Source of the DNA: Nitrospirota bacterium
GTDB taxonomy: Bacteria > Nitrospirota > Thermodesulfovibrionia > Thermodesulfovibrionales > Magnetobacteriaceae
Assembly: GCA_015233895.1 (NCBI GenBank)
Contig: JADFXG010000011.1
Location: 37,212 to 101,211 of the forward strand
DNA: 64,000 bases
Direction of reading: 5' to 3'
Both the position numbers and the translations under genes were made by a program. Position 1 is the first letter of the stretch; every line of letters begins with the position of its first letter. A model generated the notes under the pieces. The model searched no databases. It worked only from the letters and a program-made list of their open reading frames with translations, and had not been told where the DNA came from. Below are positions 9,088 through 18,433 of this stretch, one piece after another.

Positions 9088-12078
9088 ATGCTAAAGAAGT
9101 TTATAACTATTATATTGTTAACATCCATCTTGCCTATATCCATAAGCGGGATTGTCATCTATCATCACTTCAAGGATAGTTTGATGAAATCCCTGGAAAA
9201 TCAATTACGTACAACATCGGCTATCCAGGAATCCAGAATCAGTATACTATTTGACAGATTTTCCGACGATGTTAGGATGATTGCAAACAGACCAAATATG
9301 AAAAAACAATTAGCATTATACGCCAAAAACAGGGATGCAGAATCAAAGAATAATCTGGCAAAAGTACTGAATGAACTGATGGGTACCATCCCGGTATTTC
9401 ACGAAATATCGCTTGTCGGCATAAACGGCGAAGTGCTTTATTCAACTGATAACTCTCGAATTGGAAAACAAATCGATAGTGAACGATTTATGGCAAAAAG
9501 CCATAAAGAGTGCGGAATTATAGATACCATTAAGGGTAAAGATAACAACACCGACATTTGGTTTTCCTGTCCGTTGCTCATGGATGACAATCTGACAGGT
9601 TTTGTAAGTGCTATATTGGATGGGAATTACCTGACCGACATTACGGGCGATTACACGGGGTTAGGAAAAACTGGTGAAACAGTGCTGGCAAAAAGAGACG
9701 AAAACGGCGATGCGTTATTTATAATCCCCCTGCGCAAAAACAAAAACGCAGCCTTTGTTCTTAAAATACCTAAAGACGACACTAACACTCTTATAACTCA
9801 GGCATTGCTTAAAAGACAAAACGTCTATAGCAATTATGTAGATTACACGGGGGCTGAGGTAATAGGTATCACGCGTTATATAGCTCAGGCAGACTGGGGA
9901 GCAGTTGTTAAAATTGACAAGGCCGAGTTTATGGAGCCATTGGTTCGATTAAGAAACTTTTTAATCATAAGTTATATCATGCTAATAGGCTTCATACTAC
10001 TTACTTTAGTATATCTTGTTAAACATATAACCGGGCCGTTAACTCATCTGACAAAAATAGCCACACAAATTTCAGAAGGAGATATCTCCCAAAGGATTGA
10101 AATAAAAGCTGACGGCGAGATTGGGATTTTATCCACGACGTTTAACAATATGCTCGATAGAATCAAGACGATGCATACGTCGATAGAAAATAAATTCACA
10201 GACCTTAATGCTATTATTAATACTTTGCCGGGTATTTTTTACCTTACTGATAAAGAAGGGAAAATCCTTATGCGCAACAATAACTTAATGGAGGTGACGG
10301 GCTATAGCTCTGAGGAGATAAATAATATGTCCGTAGCCGATTTCTTCATCGAGGATGATAAAAACTGCGCAAATAAAATATTTCAGAAGGTAATCGTAAC
10401 CGGCAGGGCAGACCACGAGCTATTATTAGCGACAAAGGACAATAAGCGGATTCCATATTATTTTATTCTCTCGTTAGTCCGGCAAAATGAAAAGGTTGAC
10501 ATAGTATTTATAGGCGTAGATATTTCTGAGCGCGTCCAAATGGAAAACGAACTGGAGGAATTCAGGCAGCACTTGCAAGAACTTGTGGGTCATAAGACTT
10601 TAGAAATAATAACAATTAACGAACAATTGGAACATGAGATAAAAAAACGTATTACAAACGAAAACGAATTAAAAGAAAAAGAAGAGTTACTTCGCCTTAT
10701 TACAGATTCTCTGCCGGTACTGATTGCTTATATAGACAAAGAAACCCGCTACCGATTTGCCAATAAACTCTACGAGGACTGGTTTGGGTACTCAAATGCT
10801 GAGATATTAGGCAAGCGCTCCAGAGAGATAGTAGGGCAAGACTATTACGAGTCCATAGTAGATAATCTGATAGCTGCGTTATCAGGACAGATGATGCAAT
10901 TTGACAGATCCGTGAGGCTAAGAAACGGAACACTGAAGGTTATTGCGGTAAAGTATATCCCTCACTTCGATGCAAAAAATGGAAATGTTAACGGTATCTT
11001 TGTTATGGCACACGACATCACTGAACTGAAGAATACCGAACTGGCGCTTAGAGAAAGTGAAGAGCGTTTTCGCAGGATATTTGAGGACAGCCCAATTGGA
11101 ATAGCCATAACGGACAGCAACGACTATTTTATTAAGGTCAACAATACAATGTGCCAGATGCTGGGATATACTGAGGACGAATTTAAAACGCTCTCATATC
11201 ATGAATTAACTCACAGGGAATATCTCGACGAGCATAATGAACTTGTAAGTAAATTGAAAAAAGCCATTATCCCAGCATATAAAACAGAGAAATACTACGT
11301 TACGAAAAATGGAGAGGTAATATGGGTAAACGTTATTGCTAATTTGATAAGGGATGAGAAGGGCGCTGTTGTGTATGGGATCAAGATGGTAGAAAATATT
11401 ACGCATCGCAAGGAAATGGAGAAGAAAATTACCTCATATACGGAACAACTGGAGTCATTGGTTCACCAACGAACACTGGTATTGCTGGATAGCCTCGAAA
11501 AACTTCGCTCCCACACTAACGCTATAATACAAGCCATGTGCACTGCCGTAGAGGCCAGAGACCCATACACAGCAGGACATCAACTCAGGGTAAGCAAATT
11601 GTCCTGCGCCATAGCAGAGGAAATGGGACTTAGCGATGAACAGATACAAGGTGTGTTGTTGTCATCCTCAATACACGACCTGGGTAAGATATATGTGCCC
11701 TCTGAGATACTCAGCAGGCCGGGCAAGTTGAAGACATCAGAGTTTAATCTTATCAAAGAGCATTCGCAAATCGGTTATGACATTTTAAAAGGCATAGATT
11801 TTTCTTATCCGGTTGCTCAGATAGTGTTGCAGCACCATGAACGAATGGACGGTTCAGGCTATCCATTTGGACTTAAGGGTGACGAAATTCTGTTAGAGGC
11901 AAGGATAATCTGCGTTTCGGATGTGGTTGAGGCTATGGCTAACCACAGGCCTTATCGTGCCGCTCTGGGAGTAGATAAGGCGATGGAGGAGATAGCAAAA
12001 AGTAGTGGTTCTTTATATGACAGTGATGTTGTTTCTGCCTGTGTCTCTGTGTTTAAGAATGGCTTTAATTTTACGTAA
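9088..12078 (+). CDS. Cache-HAMP-PAS(x3)-HD-GYP cyclic-dinucleotide phosphodiesterase
   Basis: Two TMs around a periplasmic sensor, HAMP, three PAS/PAC, RDPYTAGH, IHDLGKI, HHERMDGSGYP. Confidence 0.9.
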   Translation: MLKKFITIILLTSILPISISGIVIYHHFKDSLMKSLENQLRTTSAIQESRISILFDRFSDDVRMIANRPNMKKQLALYAKNRDAESKNNLAKVLNELMGTIPVFHEISLVGINGEVLYSTDNSRIGKQIDSERFMAKSHKECGIIDTIKGKDNNTDIWFSCPLLMDDNLTGFVSAILDGNYLTDITGDYTGLGKTGETVLAKRDENGDALFIIPLRKNKNAAFVLKIPKDDTNTLITQALLKRQNVYSNYVDYTGAEVIGITRYIAQADWGAVVKIDKAEFMEPLVRLRNFLIISYIMLIGFILLTLVYLVKHITGPLTHLTKIATQISEGDISQRIEIKADGEIGILSTTFNNMLDRIKTMHTSIENKFTDLNAIINTLPGIFYLTDKEGKILMRNNNLMEVTGYSSEEINNMSVADFFIEDDKNCANKIFQKVIVTGRADHELLLATKDNKRIPYYFILSLVRQNEKVDIVFIGVDISERVQMENELEEFRQHLQELVGHKTLEIITINEQLEHEIKKRITNENELKEKEELLRLITDSLPVLIAYIDKETRYRFANKLYEDWFGYSNAEILGKRSREIVGQDYYESIVDNLIAALSGQMMQFDRSVRLRNGTLKVIAVKYIPHFDAKNGNVNGIFVMAHDITELKNTELALRESEERFRRIFEDSPIGIAITDSNDYFIKVNNTMCQMLGYTEDEFKTLSYHELTHREYLDEHNELVSKLKKAIIPAYKTEKYYVTKNGEVIWVNVIANLIRDEKGAVVYGIKMVENITHRKEMEKKITSYTEQLESLVHQRTLVLLDSLEKLRSHTNAIIQAMCTAVEARDPYTAGHQLRVSKLSCAIAEEMGLSDEQIQGVLLSSSIHDLGKIYVPSEILSRPGKLKTSEFNLIKEHSQIGYDILKGIDFSYPVAQIVLQHHERMDGSGYPFGLKGDEILLEARIICVSDVVEAMANHRPYRAALGVDKAMEEIAKSSGSLYDSDVVSACVSVFKNGFNFT

Positions 12079-12138
12079 ACGATCCTATAACATGAAAAAA
12101 TACAAAACATTAATTCTGCATATTTTCTGCAATCATAA

Positions 12139-12167
12139 TTGACGATTTGTTAAGATGTTGATATAAT
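12139..12167 (+). promoter_or_regulatory. Sigma70-type promoter of the defence operon
   Basis: TTGACG-17 bp-TATAAT with TGn extension. Confidence 0.7.
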
Positions 12168-12219
12168 TCTATATACAGGATGTGACACTAAGTCTTTGTG
12201 ATTTTTAAGGGGTGCTGTT

Positions 12220-13356
12220 ATGAAAGATGACGATAACGACAGGTTGATAGCAGATGATGGCAGTACCGGCATAGAGTGTGAGGATACTGGGGATACTCAT
12301 AAAGCTGAACCATACAATCCTGCCAAAGTTCGGGTCTCGACCAAGCCAACGATTTTGGCGGCTATAAGAGACAGACTTATGCATAATGAAATAGACTTAA
12401 AACCTGGTTTTCAGAGAGAATTTGTTTGGAATGAAACCGCTCAGAGCAGACTTATCGAATCTATGATGATAAAGATACCTATTCCTGCTTTTTATATGGA
12501 CGCAACCGATGAGGACAGATGGTTGGTTGTAGATGGACTGCAGCGTCTAAGCACAATAAAAAGGTTTGTAATAGATAAGGATTTGAAATTAACAAAACTT
12601 GAATTTTTGAAGGAACATGAAAAAAAAACCTTTGATGAATTGCCGCATAATTTCCAAAGACGAATAAATGAAACGGAGTTTACAGTTTTTTTAATAGAAA
12701 AGGGAACGCCGGGTAACGTAAAATTTAACATCTTTAAAAGAATCAATACAGGTGGGGAACCACTGTCTCCTCAGGAAATCCGCCACGCACTTAACCAGGG
12801 AAAACCAGCGGATGTTTTGGCAGAGATGGCAAAGTATGAAGAGTTTAAAAAGGCTACCAATAAAAGCATTAAAGAGAAACGTATGGCAGACAGAGAGTGT
12901 GTTTTGCGTTTTATTTCATTTTATAGAAATTATCCCGAAAGCTATGTTTTTAAAGATTTTGAAAGTTTTGATTATTTTTTGAATCAATGCATGAGTGAGA
13001 TTAAAACATTGGATGACGATGTTATAACAGATATAAGAGAGAAATTCAAAAAAGTCATGGATGTAGCAAGTGAAATATTTGGAAAAGATGCTTTTAGAAA
13101 AAGGTATGATTTAAAACACGGTTTGAATCCTATAAATAAAGCGTTGTTTGAAACATGGTCAGTAAATTTAGCCAGACTTAATGACAACGAATTAGACCAG
13201 ATTAAATCACGAGCACAACAGTTAAAAGAAATATTTATGAAAAAAATGAATAAAGCGGAATTTGGAAATCTTTTTGCTTCCGGTACAGGAGATCCAACGA
13301 GGATAAAGGATAGGTTTAAGGAAATAGATGACATAATAAAGGAAGTGATAAAATGA
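12220..13356 (+). CDS. DUF262 (ParB/GmrS-like) protein, Menshen NsnA-like
   Basis: P-x-FQR-x2-VW, LIES-x4-IPIP, VVDGLQRL, IFKRINTGG-x-PL-x2-QEIR. Confidence 0.88.
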   Translation: MKDDDNDRLIADDGSTGIECEDTGDTHKAEPYNPAKVRVSTKPTILAAIRDRLMHNEIDLKPGFQREFVWNETAQSRLIESMMIKIPIPAFYMDATDEDRWLVVDGLQRLSTIKRFVIDKDLKLTKLEFLKEHEKKTFDELPHNFQRRINETEFTVFLIEKGTPGNVKFNIFKRINTGGEPLSPQEIRHALNQGKPADVLAEMAKYEEFKKATNKSIKEKRMADRECVLRFISFYRNYPESYVFKDFESFDYFLNQCMSEIKTLDDDVITDIREKFKKVMDVASEIFGKDAFRKRYDLKHGLNPINKALFETWSVNLARLNDNELDQIKSRAQQLKEIFMKKMNKAEFGNLFASGTGDPTRIKDRFKEIDDIIKEVIK

Positions 13357-14545
13357 TAAAATCTTTAGAAATACATAATTTTAACTGCTTTAAAGAGCAG
13401 AAGATAGAATTTAGAAATCTTACTTTGCTAACCGGCTTAAACGGTATGGGGAAATCAACCGTTTTACAGGCTATGTTGTTATTACGGCAGTCTTATATGA
13501 TGGGGTTGCAACAACCTTTGGCCGATACTGAGAGAGGTGGGTTATCATTAAATGGTGGTTTGGTAAAGATAGGCCAGGCAAAGGATGCCATGTATGAGGG
13601 TGCTGAGGATGATAGAATAGGCTTTGAATTAAAATACACAGGAGGTGGAGATAAAAGAGTTGTTTGGTTTTTTGAGTATGACCGGAATTCCGACGTCTTG
13701 CAGCTTGTCAAAGATAGTGGGACAGTATATCCGGATGGACGGGAGAGGTTATTTCATAATAATTTTCAGTATTTACAAGCGGAGAGAATAGGGCCAAGGA
13801 TAACGTACGAAATGTCGGATTACATGGTAAGAAAATTAAAATGGCTTGGTACAAGTGGGGAATTTACAGCACATTTCCTTGCTATTCATGGTGATAAATT
13901 AGATGTTATTGAACCGTTAAGATATAAGTCATCATTGCACACTGGTGTGACTAGGAAATTACGGAGCGTGGAAATTTCAAAAGCAACAAAATTAAAGTTT
14001 CAGGTTGAGTCATGGCTAAGTGAAATCAGGCCTGGAACACGTTTGGAAACGATTTCCGCCCCTGATATGGATGAGGTAGCATATAGGTTTTCCTTTGAAA
14101 CACAACGGTATGTTACAAATTCCTACAGGCCGACAAATGTCGGGTTTGGAATATCATATACATTACCAATTTTAGTAGCAATATTATCATCACACCCGGT
14201 GCGCTATTACTGTTAGAAAATCCTGAGGCACATCTTCATCCACGTGGACAGTTTAAATTGGCATATCTTATAGCTCTTGCTGCAAGTGCAGGTATTCAGG
14301 TAATCGTTGAGACGCATAGTGACCATATTCTTAACGCTATAAGGGTTGCTGTATGCCAAAAGGTTATTGACCCGGAAGACGTTAAAATACATTTCTTTCA
14401 ACAAAGTGAAGATATGTCAGATCTTGCCGCAGAGGTGATTTCTCCCAAATTAGACAAAAACGGTAGAATCAGTGACTGGCCCCGAGATTTTTTTGATGAG
14501 TGGGATAAGGCTCTTGAGATATTAATAAATGAAGGGGATATTTAA
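13353..14545 (+). pseudogene. ABC-type ATPase with DUF3696-like C-terminus (Menshen NsnB-like), split by a 1-nt frameshift near 14190
   Basis: Walker A GLNGMGKS and NVGFGISY in frame 1; Walker B LLLLENPEAHLHPRGQ, VETHSDHILN and G-x-I-x2-WP-x2-FFD continue in the -1 frame. Confidence 0.85.
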
Positions 14546-14547
14546 CA

Positions 14548-15498
14548 TTGGCTCTTGATTTAGTTTTTAATGAGTTATTATTCACACCGTTAGCTAAAAG
14601 TGTTTATGAAGCAAAAGAAAGGATTAAGACTTTTGTTGATTCTATTGTTTCTATTTCAAAATTGGTTCCAACATGTCGAGTTAAAACATTGAGGGTTCAT
14701 AACAATTTCCGTGATGAGTCTGTTGCAGATAACTACAATATTTCTAAATGGTTAAGTGATTTATCAGTAGATATGGAAAGGAAACGTTACTTGAAAACTC
14801 TTTCGACTAAAATTCCGTTTACAGTGGGCTTGGATGAATATTTGATAGATAAAGTAACTTTGACAGACTGTATATTTGATAAGGCGCCAGCATTAGGACT
14901 TTCTATAGCCCATCTTTTGGATACTATTGCTGTTAGTTTTGCTTCTGATGGTATTTGGAACTCTCCGTTTTTAAAAATATCTTGTGATACCTTGTATAAT
15001 GATGAGATAGTGCCTGAAAACATAGAGGTTCGTAATGTCTCCAATTCCACCCATGTGAGCGAGCATAAACAATGGCTTGAGAAACGTTGTGTTACAAAAC
15101 CTAAAAACGGAATTGATATATGGAATAAAAGAGGAGAACTTTATCCTTTTTTGAGTTTTTGTAATAGAACTGAAGCTCAGTTAAAATCTATAGATTCCGG
15201 CAATCCGGTTATTCACCAGATTCATGAAAAATTAAATACAATAAACAAATATTTTGAAAAACATAGAAGTTTTATTAATCTGAAATTATTTAAATATCGC
15301 GTAACTACAGACAGCCCTACAACGCTTAAAAAGTATTGGCGAGAAAGAACCTTTTTCTGTCCAGATGGAGAAAACCGTCTTTTTAGTTTGCATGTCAGAT
15401 TAACACCGTTTGAAATGCGCTTGTATTTTGGGTGGGATAAGGACACTGTAATTATTGGCCATATTGGTGAGCACTTGCCAATTGTAAGTGAAAATTAA
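14548..15498 (+). CDS. Putative defence effector (NsnC-like) with a RelE-like C-terminus
   Basis: Third gene of the operon; ends R-x-F...FSLHVRL...MRLYF...VIIGHIGEHL. Confidence 0.6.
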   Translation: MALDLVFNELLFTPLAKSVYEAKERIKTFVDSIVSISKLVPTCRVKTLRVHNNFRDESVADNYNISKWLSDLSVDMERKRYLKTLSTKIPFTVGLDEYLIDKVTLTDCIFDKAPALGLSIAHLLDTIAVSFASDGIWNSPFLKISCDTLYNDEIVPENIEVRNVSNSTHVSEHKQWLEKRCVTKPKNGIDIWNKRGELYPFLSFCNRTEAQLKSIDSGNPVIHQIHEKLNTINKYFEKHRSFINLKLFKYRVTTDSPTTLKKYWRERTFFCPDGENRLFSLHVRLTPFEMRLYFGWDKDTVIIGHIGEHLPIVSEN

Positions 15499-15521
15499 TT
15501 CCACAATCTCAAAGTAAAACA

Positions 15522-16442
15522 ATGAAGAAATTGTCACTCTTACCCAAAAGACTTTCCCCGGGGGATAAGATCGGTGTTGTTTGTCCGTCAAACGAAATTG
15601 CTGGCCAAAAACAAACAGAGGAGCTACGAAGGGGTATTAAGTTTTTTGAAAACCTTGGATTTAAAGTTGAAAGAGGTAAGAATCTCTGTTCAGCAAATCC
15701 ACAAGACAGAGCAAATGACATAAACGAGTTTTTCTTAAACCCTGATATTAAAGCAATATTTTCGGCTCAGGGTGGCGATACATCTGAAAGGGTACTAAAG
15801 TTTATTGACTGGAGCGCAGTAAGTGAAAATCCCAAAATCTTTATGGGATTAAGCGATGTTACGGTATTTTTAAACGCAATATACACAAAAACCTCACTTA
15901 TCCCATTTCACGGCGGCGATGTCAGATACCACTACGGTAAAAACCCTACTGAATACGATAAGACAGAGTTTACAGACCGCCTTATCAACGGCTGTACCGG
16001 CAAAATAAATCCCTCAGGTGACAGAAAAACTATCCGAGGTGGCAAGGGTTCAGGGAACCTTCTGGGCGGTAACCTCAGATGTCTCCTTAAACTTGTTGAT
16101 ACACCGTTTTGGCCTGACTTTACCGGAGCAATCCTTATGCTTGAAGCCCTGACAATGGATGAATTACGCTGTGTTGAGTATCTTAAAATTTTGCGACAAA
16201 AAGGAGTCTTTGATAAAATCTCCGGAGTGATTGTTGGCTTTGTCTATTCGATGGAGATTGAAAAGCCTGATGCGCCGCAGATGGAGGATATTTTGTTAAT
16301 GGAAACCAGAGACTATAATTTCCCAATTCTAAAGGTAAGGGACTTTGGCCACGGCTGCCCCAACACGGTTTTACCCATAGGCGCCCAGATAGAACTTAAT
16401 GCCGATAATCTAACCTATAAGATAGTAAGCAATGTCATTTAG
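15522..16442 (+). CDS. S66 family peptidase (LD-carboxypeptidase / MccF-like)
   Basis: GDKIGVVCPS, RANDIN, GLSDVT (catalytic Ser), LLGGNL, LMLE, DFGH (catalytic His). Confidence 0.9.
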   Translation: MKKLSLLPKRLSPGDKIGVVCPSNEIAGQKQTEELRRGIKFFENLGFKVERGKNLCSANPQDRANDINEFFLNPDIKAIFSAQGGDTSERVLKFIDWSAVSENPKIFMGLSDVTVFLNAIYTKTSLIPFHGGDVRYHYGKNPTEYDKTEFTDRLINGCTGKINPSGDRKTIRGGKGSGNLLGGNLRCLLKLVDTPFWPDFTGAILMLEALTMDELRCVEYLKILRQKGVFDKISGVIVGFVYSMEIEKPDAPQMEDILLMETRDYNFPILKVRDFGHGCPNTVLPIGAQIELNADNLTYKIVSNVI

Positions 16443-16466
16443 GAAAAACCCACTCTGGTATTAGAT

Positions 16467-16754
16467 TTAGCAGCAGCCTGAGCTTTCCGAGCATCCGCAT
16501 GTTGGCTCCCCGCCTCTTATAATACTGTTAATTAGCGCAGTAGCACATCCCACGCCTCTTTGCACACTTAAAGCTCCAAAGGCACAATTTGTTACGCACG
16601 CTCCACACTCCATACACTTGTCACTGTCTGAGATTTCGGCTTTTCCTGCCTTTATTTCAAACACCTCGTGAGGACACACGTTTACACACATGCCGCAGCC
16701 GGTACATTTGTCTGCATAAAACTCAAGAGTTGATACATTTGACAGATATTTCAT
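16467..16754 (-). CDS. hgcB: Mercury methylation ferredoxin
   Basis: Two CX2CX2CX3C motifs, GVGCA, C-terminal Cys-Cys; ATGA overlap with hgcA. Confidence 0.95.
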   Translation of the reverse strand: MKYLSNVSTLEFYADKCTGCGMCVNVCPHEVFEIKAGKAEISDSDKCMECGACVTNCAFGALSVQRGVGCATALINSIIRGGEPTCGCSESSGCC

Positions 16755-17929
16755 AAAACCCTCCATTGGTTTACCTTATAGAGCGCCAGTACGACGACGC
16801 TTATAACTGCCGATGCTATATAAAGCGGTACGGCATATTTTAATTCCTTCTTAACTCCCGACATACCGGTAAAAGTGGTAGCACCGGTAAACTGCAAAGT
16901 TACGTAAGAACTTATCATAGGGAAAAGTACATACGCAAAAACAGTTAGCTCAAAAGTCGTGCTGTTTAGCCAGGAAAACAACAACCTAAAAATCCAGACC
17001 ATAAAAATACCAACTATCCAGCCCTTTACGGCAAAAGATTTAAACGGTATGGCAGGTAGTAGCAACGGCGTTATGAATGCTCCTGAGAGTATTGCAATCA
17101 AACCAAAAATAAAAAACGGAAACGCTCCCTTTATAGCAGTGGCAAAGTTAATACCCGACATAGACACACCAAAAAATAAAAACATTACCACTGCAAAGAC
17201 TGCAAAGATACGCATTGATGGGATTATTTCCATAGGAGTTAGGACTAATCTGTCAATCATTGAAAAGCTCACATTACGCATGGCTTTTGTCGCTACACAG
17301 CCGGATCTAATATAATCCTTAAGGTCACAGGCATATACAGGGCCAAAAAGCACCTGAAACCCAGTGGCTTTCTTAACCGTATGGGCACTGACTCCGGGAG
17401 CGCCAAGTTGAGGCACTATGATTTTTCTATGGGTTACTATGCTTGTTAGTTGAATTTTTAAAATTCTGTTAATCATCTCCTCAGTACCAAATGTTCCCTT
17501 ACCTGCCGCACACCACACATTAATCCCCTTGGTATCCAAAACCATTATCCACACGTTTTCGCCGCTGAGAGACTCTCTGACTTTATCAAAGGTGAGTTTA
17601 TAATTTGCCGTAACAACGACATGTGAGTTTTGATCAGGCTCTCCAACGGCATATAGTCCCGGAGTTACCGTGTAACTGTTTCTAAAGCCGCTTATTCTGC
17701 AAAGTAGGTGTTCTAAAAGCTCAGACTTTGTAATCTCTGTTGACACCTTGTAAGCAATACAGGCAGGAGTGTTAACAGTTCCGGTTATCCATTTCTTATG
17801 TTGTAGGGTTGCCTCCGGAACTGCTAGGACAGGCTTTTCAGCATTACAACCACAGCCTGTGCTACTATGTTTTGGCACACAGCATTCATTTTTTAGATTT
17901 GCGGTATCCAGTGACTTATCTTTTTCCAT
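16751..17929 (-). CDS. hgcA: Mercury methylation corrinoid protein
   Basis: Cap-helix motif GINVWCAAGKGTF, TANYKLTFD, PQLGAPGV, C-terminal TM region with FTGATTFTGMSGVKKE. Confidence 0.96.
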   Translation of the reverse strand: MEKDKSLDTANLKNECCVPKHSSTGCGCNAEKPVLAVPEATLQHKKWITGTVNTPACIAYKVSTEITKSELLEHLLCRISGFRNSYTVTPGLYAVGEPDQNSHVVVTANYKLTFDKVRESLSGENVWIMVLDTKGINVWCAAGKGTFGTEEMINRILKIQLTSIVTHRKIIVPQLGAPGVSAHTVKKATGFQVLFGPVYACDLKDYIRSGCVATKAMRNVSFSMIDRLVLTPMEIIPSMRIFAVFAVVMFLFFGVSMSGINFATAIKGAFPFFIFGLIAILSGAFITPLLLPAIPFKSFAVKGWIVGIFMVWIFRLLFSWLNSTTFELTVFAYVLFPMISSYVTLQFTGATTFTGMSGVKKELKYAVPLYIASAVISVVVLALYKVNQWRVL

Positions 17930-17943
17930 AATTTTTGTTCTCC

Positions 17944-18219
17944 TTAAGTTACATCTTTGACAATAGTGCCAAGTTGTCCTTTTATAGTATTAACCAAACT
18001 CTCTACACGGGTAAGAGTGATACAACAAACGTCTCCGTCTTTTTCCCATACACTTACTGCAAACTTATCTCCACCCTTTATTTTTGCTTTTTCGCGTAAA
18101 TCTTTGGGGAGCACCATCTGTCCCCTTTCATCAACACCTACTATGGCCTCAACTCTGCAACACGTATCAGTTAAACACATACTGAAATCATCTTTTACGT
18201 CACTTTTGTCTTTTTTCAC
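17944..18219 (-). CDS. hgcC: HgcAB-associated AbrB-like protein
   Basis: CCRVEAIVGVDERGQMVLPKDLREKAKIKGGDK swapped-hairpin motif directly upstream of hgcA; GTG start. Confidence 0.8.
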   Translation of the reverse strand: MKKDKSDVKDDFSMCLTDTCCRVEAIVGVDERGQMVLPKDLREKAKIKGGDKFAVSVWEKDGDVCCITLTRVESLVNTIKGQLGTIVKDVT

Positions 18220-18252
18220 AACACCTTCCTTTTATTAATTATTCATAATATT

Positions 18253-18302
18253 CTGATTTAACTGATATTACTTACTATGCTGATAATTCTTATTTTTGTC
18301 AA
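18253..18302 (-). promoter_or_regulatory. hgcCAB promoter overlapped by five tandem 9-bp repeats
   Basis: TTGACA (18302-18297)-17 bp-CATAGT (18279-18274); plus-strand units CTGATTTAA CTGATATTA CTTACTATG CTGATAATT CTTATTTTT. Confidence 0.5.
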
Positions 18303-18433
18303 GTAAAAATTTTGTGTTTCTATCTGTGGTTTGTTTTATTCTCTTTATCCATTCAATTGATGCTATATCGTAACCCTTGAGGGATAACTCTGATTATTCT
18401 ATGCAGGCTTGCTGAAAGGACACTGTTTATCTA

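Noticed and set aside
14185..14216. Programmed ribosomal frameshift in the ATPase gene
   Set aside because: No X-XXY-YYZ slippery site or obvious stimulatory structure; mutation or sequencing error is simpler
16751..17929. Acetyl-CoA synthase corrinoid subunit CdhE/AcsC
   Set aside because: Cap-helix Cys motif, C-terminal TM domain and adjacent hgcB identify it as HgcA
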